Virus record (IMG/VR): IMGVR_UViG_3300020195_000009
Span: 62,001-126,000 of that record
Length of the DNA stretch: 64,000 nt
Reading direction: 5' to 3' (one strand)
Translations under genes and position numbers: made by a program
Notes under the pieces: model-generated
What the model was told of the DNA's origin: nothing
Seen by the model: only the letters and a program-made list of their open reading frames with translations
Database searches by the model: none
Shown: positions 11,601-19,013 of the stretch, in pieces
How the letters are laid out: the number at the start of each line of letters is the position of its first letter
How positions within the stretch are numbered: the first letter of the stretch is position 1

Positions 11601-11866
11601 ACGAAACGCGCCTCTGCCCCATCGAAGTCGAAGCGAGCGAAGCCGTCTTCGTTCTTCGTCCACCCGAACTCAGCGTTTGCTAGGTCCCCGTCAACAAGAG
11701 CGAGGGTTAGATACTCAACACGACCTGGATTCGACTCATCTGTTCCGAAAACCGCGTTGTACGACCCAGGGTCGGAGATGAGGTTGTCAGGAGTCGACGT
11801 AAACGTGGAGTTTGCGGACCCCACACGCGGCTTCTCAATGACATACCCCTTCAAAGAAAAACCCAT
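5648..11866 (-). CDS. Very large baseplate/tail-fibre-associated structural protein
   Basis: 2072 aa, beta-rich (T/G/V/P), with several repeats of the type 'F...GV..GD.V....G...G.Y.V..V.S.T.LT'; located between spike and wedge genes. Confidence 0.7.
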   Translation of the reverse strand: MGFSLKGYVIEKPRVGSANSTFTSTPDNLISDPGSYNAVFGTDESNPGRVEYLTLALVDGDLANAEFGWTKNEDGFARFDFDGAEARFVPLRGSVRAEVGTLGPDANTTRLKVQKPNFPLGVAPYRLAVGSSGSGTTFPIVTVVNDGAFAGPPVGSVELSLDTGNLNWNVSDLSTYDDQDVFFQRQAFFTPKESSGQLGIAGTDTILLTPIPGLGLGINYQKPNLRFGFGLYLTPIDVATEVAFSLNPIQGTFEWARDTGRVKFNATDLTNNNGEPVYYDGVLFERSKTLPRQTLGTVAAPSSIIGLPSDGADLVFRAVPTLLTGTGTFPSTTTMNDGGAAFLTNEVKAGDIVVLTGGLYAGSHRMITDVPSETQVTVAPPFPSVTGATYKIEKDIVQFPDFVRVAAFDTLGKSGQVQVDPSGAVQFSAPDVATYGTRAAEVIFGDLPIERGISLRFFRTPIDPAAQDPDAKDISAFFPTTGASWADPIVGMPFIFMPVNPIDDPAYPMTFDIEQGTGTFTGPLPRLDGPTPPSGFGYTLDFDKKQFNFAIRRNNLVIPIPVSTGAVPLTDPLVNAPNIILELDQGLGFVPLTLNLDALLEPLSGLVTFIQTDGALILEGTGAAIFTLTSVSQVGADFAGAGVLLGDLLFVLSGPSKGVYMVDTVGVSTFTFNPPAPSVDTGIAYEIRRGKEILADRFFQEALLVDPNTKVEKIRALGAITNSPRLNINPGLIGRSRFRLGLTFLSTPTVVTNDGSFTVPGFMVQGAVEVSQDTGNLNFSSIDVGPGGTIYGALKLIQGVEYRIEPRLGFIQTIERLLAMDELFLTYTSLQEDPPVTIIEERATFLVRKEVVSHPIPTSVMSFNPLGREIAINPSPAVFRGGRPQDETQISINPSSSTLTFLPDVLPTPGGDMAISDALPHGAIVQPSERVYIDYNVFNAIGGENTTTVLLPPINLLQVTITEGGSSFKAKGDQTSVFPADHLLRIVDEQAYMLAGSTYNAGTNETTVTILAPAVFRDGFSQPKLFVSSGPVRLTSLPFLPAYFVLEPDPFDTIPRGMNKFKLFGDKTGLYVAGVALYVTGGSPVINDFYLVTGSTFDVNLNRTEIVLTQSTARQYTVGTHTLSRSVRPVFESSTTTVKTSASPALLPPFTELKDAIRVFRQVEGAPGEILTTPTDFTIDDAGTLIFAESLLPSEEFSILYSKHEIINSGQLRASYTAAISPNATNGIENQRLSASFTTYSPDSFYFRVETLTNFRGELAQKYNDDSQSGPSGGPRLENAGTAKLFERGGESVYFPEGRLANEDLVARAVLKFYNDNINFIDDLLQNMDGRVVGDYDGRFKFDGTTGSIVSDFSLATNQIDDFFRISPFPIDFTPPLLPFKYLGTYLKAYEANAKSRFYPTARTSFSYTIAGSDTSAATGDQMLDLSAKKVTSTSPTAFRRVPRARVTAAASTGAATLQVDTTAAVETQPGPLRPAFVTGMKVVVRDPAGAYIVTEGSPATITVGGPTSLTLAPVLPGAVPLGSTVHLAGADTSYQKSYRIGFDVGLDADNGFLTYIKPYPPFDGSVPAVISELRVQNPASEELLQSIVTYNNSLVAPFKVPALQGQPFDDSGDQRLPLLNPNYTRETAPTTEPGAKPNLLSTELTYLGAGGSIATNTTPPFVGVGSLDGTATILTASFVAPLPQIGDLVRILDGLNGLTQFRRVSVATPTTVTVDVPFSITDSGFNFLITTATDLQTGTFSSIVGPIVTDLFANFAVNGVQAGHTVVLTQAVHPAKLERRQVASVDSATQLTLTAAFSDTTTPATYRVVNNLNTYSNLSGATGSLTSQIAILSSNPTSELNSIDNFFSAVFTDRLSPALASGNATAADTLVGIGVNFITSEVVAGDLVYIPPSQTNEGIYTVGEVVDSLTLKISDSPGFPSFPQALTFRIVQVFGVSAQALKELFAVRQEAQTYLQSILSWQTLLTTAVDVLVPPSTVDPSYFARGFLLTDLVSRETTVLTRGAYLDTTGIAAVEKLVSSGDRLYDKRMVWIDARINLEKGILVKQLRAVAERIKSQQKVLDQLIKLQAVE

Positions 11867-11894
11867 GTCAGTCCTCGACTTGGCTCCACTGTTA

Positions 11895-12464
11895 TCAGAG
11901 GATCGTCCCCACGCCTACACCAGCGGCGGGGTTGGGCCCAGGAGCACCCACAATAGGACTAGGAAGTTGGAGAGCTGTGAAAACGATGTCCAGAGCGCTT
12001 CCAATGGCGGTAGCCATCTTGATCGAACCAGGGTTGGTCATCCCCTGAGTGGCAAAACCTGCGATCATTGCAGGTACCGCCGATGCGGACTTGAAGGTGC
12101 AAACGCAGGCGCCGACCCCCACAGTCGGGTGCGCCGTGACCACGGATGCCTGGAGGAACGCCAGGTTTAGACCCGTTGCCAGCCCCATAATCGTCAGAGG
12201 GGCCATCACCCCAAGGATATTTTGAGCCGCGAAACCGAAAGTTAGGGCAGGGATGAATAGCTGAAATGGGACCAAAAGAGGAACCGTCCCTACACCCGTG
12301 CCCGAGAACCCTGTATCCGCAGTAAGAACCGTGAGGGTGTGCGCCCACGTGTTGATCCCCGCTGAGACACCGGAGGCGAGCTTGATCGCACCTGGTCCGA
12401 TGTGTAGGACGCCCGCTAGCTGGATAGCGAGAATCGCTGTTGCACCTGGAATCGTAAGCGGCAT
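11895..12464 (-). CDS. Hydrophobic Gly/Ala-rich structural protein (spike-associated)
   Basis: 189 aa with internal helical repeats ('KLASGVSAGI', 'GLATGL', 'KMATAIGSAL'); would directly follow the spike gene if the HNH insertion were removed. Confidence 0.65.
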   Translation of the reverse strand: MPLTIPGATAILAIQLAGVLHIGPGAIKLASGVSAGINTWAHTLTVLTADTGFSGTGVGTVPLLVPFQLFIPALTFGFAAQNILGVMAPLTIMGLATGLNLAFLQASVVTAHPTVGVGACVCTFKSASAVPAMIAGFATQGMTNPGSIKMATAIGSALDIVFTALQLPSPIVGAPGPNPAAGVGVGTIL

Positions 12465-12467
12465 AAT

Positions 12468-12512
12468 TCAAATACTTCGGATGACAGCGCATCCCTGGAG
12501 AGGGAGACCTGT
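12468..12512 (-). pseudogene. Displaced duplicate of the spike gene 3' end (TGLPLQGCAVIRSI*), within a 39-aa mini-ORF 12468..12587
   Basis: The last 12 residues (LPLQGCAVIRSI) plus TGA are identical to the spike C-terminus ending at 13426, but with different synonymous codons. Confidence 0.85.
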
Positions 12513-12588
12513 GGAAATCGCGGCCGACATCAAGGGTACGGGGGCCACGGACACTGGGGCCATAAGATTGACAGGTGTGAGGGGCATT

Positions 12589-13407
12589 TCAGGTCGTACT
12601 TTGGGGAACTGGAGCCGCAGACTCCAAGTAGTCAGCGAGACGACGGAACGCTCCGGCATCCATACAGTTCTGCTTCATCGTGTTCGCCAGGTGACTGATG
12701 ACCGCGATATTACCTGGGACGTACCCGAGGGTCGGGTTGATGCGGTCGAGAGTCATCGAGCGTTGACCTACCTTACCTACACCTCGTTCAAAAGGTTCTT
12801 TGGTGATGGGACACTGCCCATCCAAAGGGATGATCTTCACAATGTCCTCAAGGGTGATCGTGAAAGGTAACCCGAATCGACGGGCTCTCTGACGAGCACA
12901 CTTTAGGAGCAGCTTCCCTGGGTAGTTCTGATAATACTCCCGTTCTTTGCGACGAACCTGGTCTCCGTTTTCAAGACGATACTGCCTGGCAACCTCTCTA
13001 AGTTTTTCAGCGTTATCAGCGTAATACTTGTTGTTGTACTCCTTGTACTCTTCGCGATTAGCTTCTCGGTGAGCCTGTTTAGCGATGTGAGTCTTCTCAG
13101 CATTCGCCTCATGCCAAGCCTTCTTTTGGACTCTAATCCGCTCCTTGTTGGCCTCCCGATACACCCTCAGCTGTTCCTTCTTCTCCTCTGGAGTCTGTTG
13201 AATTGCCTTCGTCCGTTGCTCGTAGGCAGTGGCTCCAAACTTGGCGATCCACCAACGTCGGAGGGTTAGCCGGACGATGCCGAAGCGTTGAGCAACTGAA
13301 GTGAAAGTTTCTCGGGTGTGGAACGCTTCGTAGGTCTCTTCAGGACGGACAGGAGAGGGGGGCATGACTCTGATTGCTAACACATCCCTTGAACGATTGC
13401 CAATCAC
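12589..13407 (-). CDS. Free-standing HNH-type homing endonuclease
   Basis: C-terminal 'CPITKEPF...SMTLDRINPTLGYVPGNIAVISHLANTMK' is the phage HNH-like nuclease pattern (LDRI....GY...N...I....N..K), preceded by charged helical 'YREANKE' repeats and an N-terminal HTH-like segment. Real start may be the ATG at 13365. Confidence 0.85.
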   Translation of the reverse strand: MIGNRSRDVLAIRVMPPSPVRPEETYEAFHTRETFTSVAQRFGIVRLTLRRWWIAKFGATAYEQRTKAIQQTPEEKKEQLRVYREANKERIRVQKKAWHEANAEKTHIAKQAHREANREEYKEYNNKYYADNAEKLREVARQYRLENGDQVRRKEREYYQNYPGKLLLKCARQRARRFGLPFTITLEDIVKIIPLDGQCPITKEPFERGVGKVGQRSMTLDRINPTLGYVPGNIAVISHLANTMKQNCMDAGAFRRLADYLESAAPVPQSTT

Positions 13408-13425
13408 ACTCTAAGTGTTTGATAT

Positions 13426-15609
13426 TCAAATACTTCTTATCACGGCGCACCCTTGCAATGGAAGAGACGTTATCCAATCCAAACTCGGCGAACCAGGGGG
13501 GTGCATCGGCAAACCACGGCAAACACCGAGGACTGCGGGGGGTCCCCCCAAGAGGACTTGAATGGACGTCAACGAGATCGCGATGGCGGCCGTGATGTTT
13601 ACTGCAAGGCCTGCTGTGATGGCAATGGCTCCAGCGGCGGCAGCCATCGAGATAGCTCCGGCTGCCGTGGTCATCGAGATGGCTCCGGCTCCTGTTGAAA
13701 TCGAGATGGCTCCGGCTCCAACCGTGATGGAGTAGGCACCCGCAGCGCAGTTCCAAGCCACGGCCCCTGCCGCAACGGTGTACGTCATCGCCCCGGCAAG
13801 AAGGGTCGTGAGATGAGCCCCGGCCAGCGTGGTGCTGATCTTACCCCCTAGTGCAATCGTCTCCATGTACTGGAGGGCAAAGGTGTTCTGAGTCTTCCCT
13901 GAGATGAAGTTGCTCAGCTCCCCAGCGGTGAGCGCATACCCGTTGAGGGCGTTGATGTTGACCTTGCTGGCTTGAAGAGAATAACCCCCTGAAACCTTCT
14001 TGGTGTAAGCACCGTTGACGGTCTGAGTGTCGTTTCCAGAGATCGTCGTCTCATCGTTGCCCGTGATGCTCGCACTGCGGGCGATGTCATCCTCATCCAT
14101 GACCCCGTGGTAGCTGTTTTGAACCGAGCTTCGGAAGTGGGTCTTGATCGCCTGACCTGTTGAACTCGATCCGCAATCTAGGAAGATGCCGCCTTCACAT
14201 GTCAGGTGGATGGATAGTTTGTCGGGAGTGGCCGCTCCGATGCGAGCCTTGAGGCCGCCCTCCAGGTTGATCTCAGCCGAGACGTTCTTCGTAGGGTAGT
14301 TCTCGACGCTAGAACCTGGGATGTTGACGAAGAGCTTACCCTGCTTGCTTACGGCTACCGCAAATTTGCTCTTTGACGCACTCCTGGGGGGGTTCATCTG
14401 GAAGAGGTAAGCCGCAGCCATGTTGAGGGCCTCATCCACGCCAACACTAGGGGGACGAGCGGCCTCGTCCATTCGGAACCCGCTTGGGTTCCCTATCTGA
14501 TCGAAGTCCTCGAAGAGAACCGGCTTGAGGATACGCCCGTACTGACGTTGACCAAGGGTTGAGAAGGAGTCGTTACCGATGACCGTCCCAAAGACCTGCT
14601 CGATGTAAACCTTGGGGCGGTCCATCGAGAAGCCGTCGATCTCCTCCAGTACCTCTTGACGGAGATCCGTATCGTGCCGGATCTCCAAACGGCGTTCCGT
14701 GAAAGCACGTCCCGAACCACCCGTGAGGGCATCCTCAAAGTTGGTGGCTGCATTACCAGAGGGATAGTAGACCTGTCTTCCGTTGGAGTACGTGAGAGGT
14801 GGGAACTCCTCGTTGTCGTTGATGCGATCGAGGACCTTGCCGGTCTCTGTGTTCAAGTACGTGTTGGGTGGGATCCCTGCGTCAGCAAGCTCATCCCGTC
14901 CAAAGTAGCGTTGCTCGACCGTTCGGACAGTTTTACCGAAGGTCCCGTCCTTTTCCTTTTGGAAGATGTCGAGCGGAAGATTCATCTCCCCTCGTCGGGC
15001 GGCCCCAGAAAACAAGTAGCAGGCCGAGTCGGACTCGACTCGATGAATCGCTTGGGAGATCAGCGTCCGATCAACCGCTCGAAGCTCAATGAGGTCTCCT
15101 GCTTGGTTGCAAAACTTGACGTCGGAGGAGAGGTGCATCTCCGATCCAGACGAACTCATCCCCATGATGTCGCCGGGACGACCCATCATCCGCTTGAATC
15201 GGATGGTCTTCCCGTAGAGTTTGTCGATATCCGCTGACTCCTCGGCCGTAACCGCACCTGGGTCTACGGGAGAATGAGGATCAAACCGAAGCCCAAGCTT
15301 GTTCCCAGTGGGGATGTAGCCGACGATCACAGCATCGTAGAGCTGCTTTTGACGGCGTCGGTATGCGACGATGACAAGAGAATTGACCTCCGGGATCCCG
15401 CCCAAGAAGCTGCGGGGACCGCACATGGCTTGGGTGAGGTCTACCTCGAACCGCTCCTCCGATCCGGTGACCATCCGAAGATCCGCCTTCATGTTGATCT
15501 CATCCACTCGCGTGATGAGGGCGATCTTTGTACCGGAGAACGGAGCATTATCCCCGCTGATGAACTCCTTTCCTGGGATCTTACCGACGGGTTGCTTAGG
15601 GAAGCCCAT
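13426..15609 (-). CDS. Baseplate central spike (gp5/gpV/VgrG-like)
   Basis: N-terminal OB-fold-like segment ('GGIPEVNSLVIVAY'), C-terminal beta-helix repeats ('GNDETTISGNDTQTVNG', 9-aa 'GAISISTGA' repeats); follows the hub gene. Confidence 0.8.
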   Translation of the reverse strand: MGFPKQPVGKIPGKEFISGDNAPFSGTKIALITRVDEINMKADLRMVTGSEERFEVDLTQAMCGPRSFLGGIPEVNSLVIVAYRRRQKQLYDAVIVGYIPTGNKLGLRFDPHSPVDPGAVTAEESADIDKLYGKTIRFKRMMGRPGDIMGMSSSGSEMHLSSDVKFCNQAGDLIELRAVDRTLISQAIHRVESDSACYLFSGAARRGEMNLPLDIFQKEKDGTFGKTVRTVEQRYFGRDELADAGIPPNTYLNTETGKVLDRINDNEEFPPLTYSNGRQVYYPSGNAATNFEDALTGGSGRAFTERRLEIRHDTDLRQEVLEEIDGFSMDRPKVYIEQVFGTVIGNDSFSTLGQRQYGRILKPVLFEDFDQIGNPSGFRMDEAARPPSVGVDEALNMAAAYLFQMNPPRSASKSKFAVAVSKQGKLFVNIPGSSVENYPTKNVSAEINLEGGLKARIGAATPDKLSIHLTCEGGIFLDCGSSSTGQAIKTHFRSSVQNSYHGVMDEDDIARSASITGNDETTISGNDTQTVNGAYTKKVSGGYSLQASKVNINALNGYALTAGELSNFISGKTQNTFALQYMETIALGGKISTTLAGAHLTTLLAGAMTYTVAAGAVAWNCAAGAYSITVGAGAISISTGAGAISMTTAAGAISMAAAAGAIAITAGLAVNITAAIAISLTSIQVLLGGPPAVLGVCRGLPMHPPGSPSLDWITSLPLQGCAVIRSI

Positions 15610-15611
15610 GG

Positions 15612-18600
15612 TTAACCTAACTGCGCCATCTCTGCCTGCTTATGGGCGAGGTCTTGTTGCGCTTGAGCGATCTGTTTCCTAAGGCTTTCCGCCGAGTCGG
15701 TGTTTCCGATGGTGGTGTTACCCGGCGTGTTGCTGGAGCTGCCAAAGGTGGAGCGGCCCTTCAAAAGAAGGGTGTTCTCCCTCTCAACAGCGGTGAGACG
15801 CTTGTTGAGTCGATCAATTAGACCCGCGAGGTTGGTGATCTCCTGTGCCAACCCGGCCTTCTTCGCGTTCTTCTTTATGTTATCGCCGAAACTGGAAAAG
15901 GCTTTTTTGAGATCCGACGCGGCCGAGCTTCCCTGTTGAGCTGTTGCAATCGGGTCCCCAAGGCCCGAACGGTTCATCGATCCGTACGGAGGGGCAAAGT
16001 CAGATTGGCCGGAGTCTCCCTCTCGACCCGTAAAGAGGTCCGGTAGAGGTTTTTGGAGACCCGAATCCTGACCTGTCGCATCCCCACGCAACGACTTCTC
16101 GTACGGTTGGTGGACATCATCGAGCGTCTTGTAGAGGTTCCAAAGGAACTCATCCACCCTGTCCTTGATGTTCGCGAACTTGAGGGCTGGATCTTGGGGT
16201 TTGTTGAAGTTTGGAGTCTCCCCTGTCTCCCCGTGGACGTCTTGGCCGAACAGCTCACTCGTGTCCGGACTTGCCGCACTGATGATGTTGCGAAACTGAT
16301 ACCCCACATTGATAAAGGCTAGGTCTGCTCTCCCGATCTGACAGTCGCAGTCGGGATCTCCAGGGGCATCCGCAGACCGGATGGACATCTCCGTAAGAGT
16401 CAACGCTCTTGAGAACTGGCTCGCTTCCACACTGGCTGCATTACCCTTGTAACCAGGGGAACCCAAAGGAACTACGTCGATGAACTTCTCTTCCGTAGCC
16501 GAGAATTGAGCCGGCCTGTCCCCGACAGTACCGCCAGGGGTCAAGACCGCCGCTGTTTGATAATCCTCTGGGAGCATCCTCGCTAGAGCATCTGCGGGGT
16601 TAGCGTAAGCTGAGGTGATGGAGGTCAGACCTTGCGACTGAGCGTTGAGCATCGCGAACAGGTTGCCACTCAACGCCGTTTGAAGGTCGACCCCCTCCCC
16701 ACCCTTCAACCTCTTGTTCGCCTTACCTGGCTCACCCTCGTTGAGAACAAGAGAGCCGTCACGAAGGGCAACCCCACGACCATACCGGAAGTGGCCGACC
16801 ACCTCGAACCCCCTTGCATCAGACACGGGGCGAACCATCGCATTACCGTTAGGGATCGGGCTTTTTTCTATGCCCGTGGCGGTGATGTTTGAACTTGGAA
16901 TGAGGGCGAACTGAGTGATGTCCCCTGACACATCGTGGGCGTACACATAGACGCCAGCTGAGTTGATCCCGTATTGGTAACGGTTCTCACTGTGCTTCTT
17001 CTGGTGAGCGACGAGCTTCTCATCTGCTCTTGCAAGGCCCTCCTTTACTTTAGCCTCCTGTTGAGTCTTGTTGACCTTAGGCGCTTCCTTCACCTTGACG
17101 AATTTGTTAGTCCCTGGCTCCTTCTGTCCGTCGTTGGCCTTATCAAACGTAGCTTGGTCCATAGGGCGGGCGTAGACCATCACGACGTTAGGGTACCCAA
17201 CGATCTTACCGTTCTTAGGGTGCCTTAGGATGAGCGGCTCGTAAGGCTCTGTAGTCTTCCTATCCTCTGGGTTCACATTGATTGGAGGAACGGTTGCGGC
17301 ATCCCCCATTTCAAGAGTGAACGCCTTTTGTGCAAGCCCTTTGATAGTGGGGGGACCCGGATTGACGTTATCCTTCTTCGCAGGTGGGGGTTTCGGTGGG
17401 GACCCTTTGGCCTTCCCTGAGGCTGCGAGTTTGTCAAACTTAGCCTTCGCAACTTGAAAGGCCCTATCAGACAAATCGCCGGTCGTCTTGAGGGTAGCCA
17501 TCCCTTTGATGCCAATGAACTTCTGGCGTCGGGCCGTCAAAGACAAGGTGGTTGTCGCTCGACCCCCAAAGGAGATGTTGTGGCTGATTCCTTTCAAGTA
17601 CCAAACTTGGTCCTTGGGGGCAACATAGACTGGGAACCCGAGACGTAATTCAGGGCGCAACGGGATATTGATGGTTGCTTGGTGTCGCCTGGAATTCAAG
17701 CGGTCCATGATGTCCATCCCGTGGTAGTACATCATCGTTGGATCCGACATCCACTCGCTGTTGTACGAATGGGGACGCCACCCGTACTTCCGAAGCAGGT
17801 GGTAATCAGTTACGGATGACGTCGGGGTCGACTCTTCCCCAAGTCCATAGTCGATGTTACCTCCGAAATTGCCTTGCATTGTCATCTGTGTGACAACCTC
17901 AGCTTCCGAATCTGAGAAGTTCCAGTCGATGATGTCGATGTCTTGGATCCAGGACACGGGCTTGTTGGCGATGATGTCCAAATTGTAGAAGGGGGGCTTG
18001 AAGACGATGTCCCCCGTAACGTCCATAAAGAACTCGAACCCAAGAGCTTCTTTACAGGTGTTGGCGATCTCTAGCTTGGTTTGGTACTCGGCCTGCCAGA
18101 AATTAACCTGACCCGCTTGACTGAACTGAGTCTTGAAAGCGGTTACACCAGGATCGGTAGGATCAAATATGAGCTGCGAGGCATTGGAGCCCCCGTTCGC
18201 ATTTCTGACCGCTGTTGAGGCGACGTGTGGGTTACTTTGGGTAAACTTACCCTTGTCATACGCTTGCGCAAGCGAGTCTCCTCGGACAGCAATCCCATTC
18301 ACCCCATAAAGAAGCAAACTGGACCTAATTCGAGAGAACCGGCTCGACCAGTACTGCATGACATCCCCCAAGACGGCAGTAAACGTCTTGGTTTGTTCGG
18401 TCTCTTTTCGTAGCGTGATGAGCGAGCCAGTCCCTAGGATCACATCACCAAACGCCATCTGCGCCAGGGTCATGATAGTGTCGTAAGGGTTCGTACCGAA
18501 GAGCACGTTACCGAAAATGCTACGACCCGATTGCCCGGCCGGGGCTGTAAATGCCGGGTTGATGTTCATCCGGCAGATTTCCCACCACTTGAGGATGTCT

Positions 18601-19010
18601 GCGCAGTTGATAGTTACCGTGTGCTCCCCAGCCGAGTAGCTGTCACTCACCTCGGTGACAATACCCCAGAAGATCGGGTAGTACTGAGGGATGCCTTCGA
18701 GGAGGTAGTACCCCTTGGCGAAAATCTCGATCTCCATCATCGGGGAGATCATGGGTACCCCGTCGAAGTAGAAGTCTTCGATTTCATGCCGAGGGACCGA
18801 CATGGTGACGTTAGCCGAGCCAGGCACGCTATCGACACTCAAGTCCACTTGAATTTGAGTGATGTATTTGGAGAAGTCGAACTTGCGCTTGCAACTAGGG
18901 CAGCCAATGACATCCTGCTCGCCGTTGAGGTAGACGATAGCATCAGGAGCCGTAACAACCGTCGGTCGGAAGTTCGGTTGAAAGGTTCCTTGAAACGGTC
19001 CACGAGCCAT
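15612..19010 (-). CDS. Baseplate hub protein (gp27/gpD-like) with C-terminal extension
   Basis: 'KLEIANTCKEALGFEFFMDVTGDIVFKPP' and 'INIPLRPELRLGFPVYV...YLKGISHNI...TTTLSLT' are typical hub motifs; located between tube initiators and spike. Confidence 0.8.
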   Translation of the reverse strand: MARGPFQGTFQPNFRPTVVTAPDAIVYLNGEQDVIGCPSCKRKFDFSKYITQIQVDLSVDSVPGSANVTMSVPRHEIEDFYFDGVPMISPMMEIEIFAKGYYLLEGIPQYYPIFWGIVTEVSDSYSAGEHTVTINCADILKWWEICRMNINPAFTAPAGQSGRSIFGNVLFGTNPYDTIMTLAQMAFGDVILGTGSLITLRKETEQTKTFTAVLGDVMQYWSSRFSRIRSSLLLYGVNGIAVRGDSLAQAYDKGKFTQSNPHVASTAVRNANGGSNASQLIFDPTDPGVTAFKTQFSQAGQVNFWQAEYQTKLEIANTCKEALGFEFFMDVTGDIVFKPPFYNLDIIANKPVSWIQDIDIIDWNFSDSEAEVVTQMTMQGNFGGNIDYGLGEESTPTSSVTDYHLLRKYGWRPHSYNSEWMSDPTMMYYHGMDIMDRLNSRRHQATINIPLRPELRLGFPVYVAPKDQVWYLKGISHNISFGGRATTTLSLTARRQKFIGIKGMATLKTTGDLSDRAFQVAKAKFDKLAASGKAKGSPPKPPPAKKDNVNPGPPTIKGLAQKAFTLEMGDAATVPPINVNPEDRKTTEPYEPLILRHPKNGKIVGYPNVVMVYARPMDQATFDKANDGQKEPGTNKFVKVKEAPKVNKTQQEAKVKEGLARADEKLVAHQKKHSENRYQYGINSAGVYVYAHDVSGDITQFALIPSSNITATGIEKSPIPNGNAMVRPVSDARGFEVVGHFRYGRGVALRDGSLVLNEGEPGKANKRLKGGEGVDLQTALSGNLFAMLNAQSQGLTSITSAYANPADALARMLPEDYQTAAVLTPGGTVGDRPAQFSATEEKFIDVVPLGSPGYKGNAASVEASQFSRALTLTEMSIRSADAPGDPDCDCQIGRADLAFINVGYQFRNIISAASPDTSELFGQDVHGETGETPNFNKPQDPALKFANIKDRVDEFLWNLYKTLDDVHQPYEKSLRGDATGQDSGLQKPLPDLFTGREGDSGQSDFAPPYGSMNRSGLGDPIATAQQGSSAASDLKKAFSSFGDNIKKNAKKAGLAQEITNLAGLIDRLNKRLTAVERENTLLLKGRSTFGSSSNTPGNTTIGNTDSAESLRKQIAQAQQDLAHKQAEMAQLG

Positions 19011-19013
19011 CGA

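Noticed and set aside
12468-13470. Group I intron or diversity-generating retroelement TR/VR pair explaining the duplicated spike end
   Set aside because: The upstream gene is complete with its own stop and there is no room for a ribozyme core. Differences are synonymous rather than adenine-specific, and no reverse transcriptase is present.
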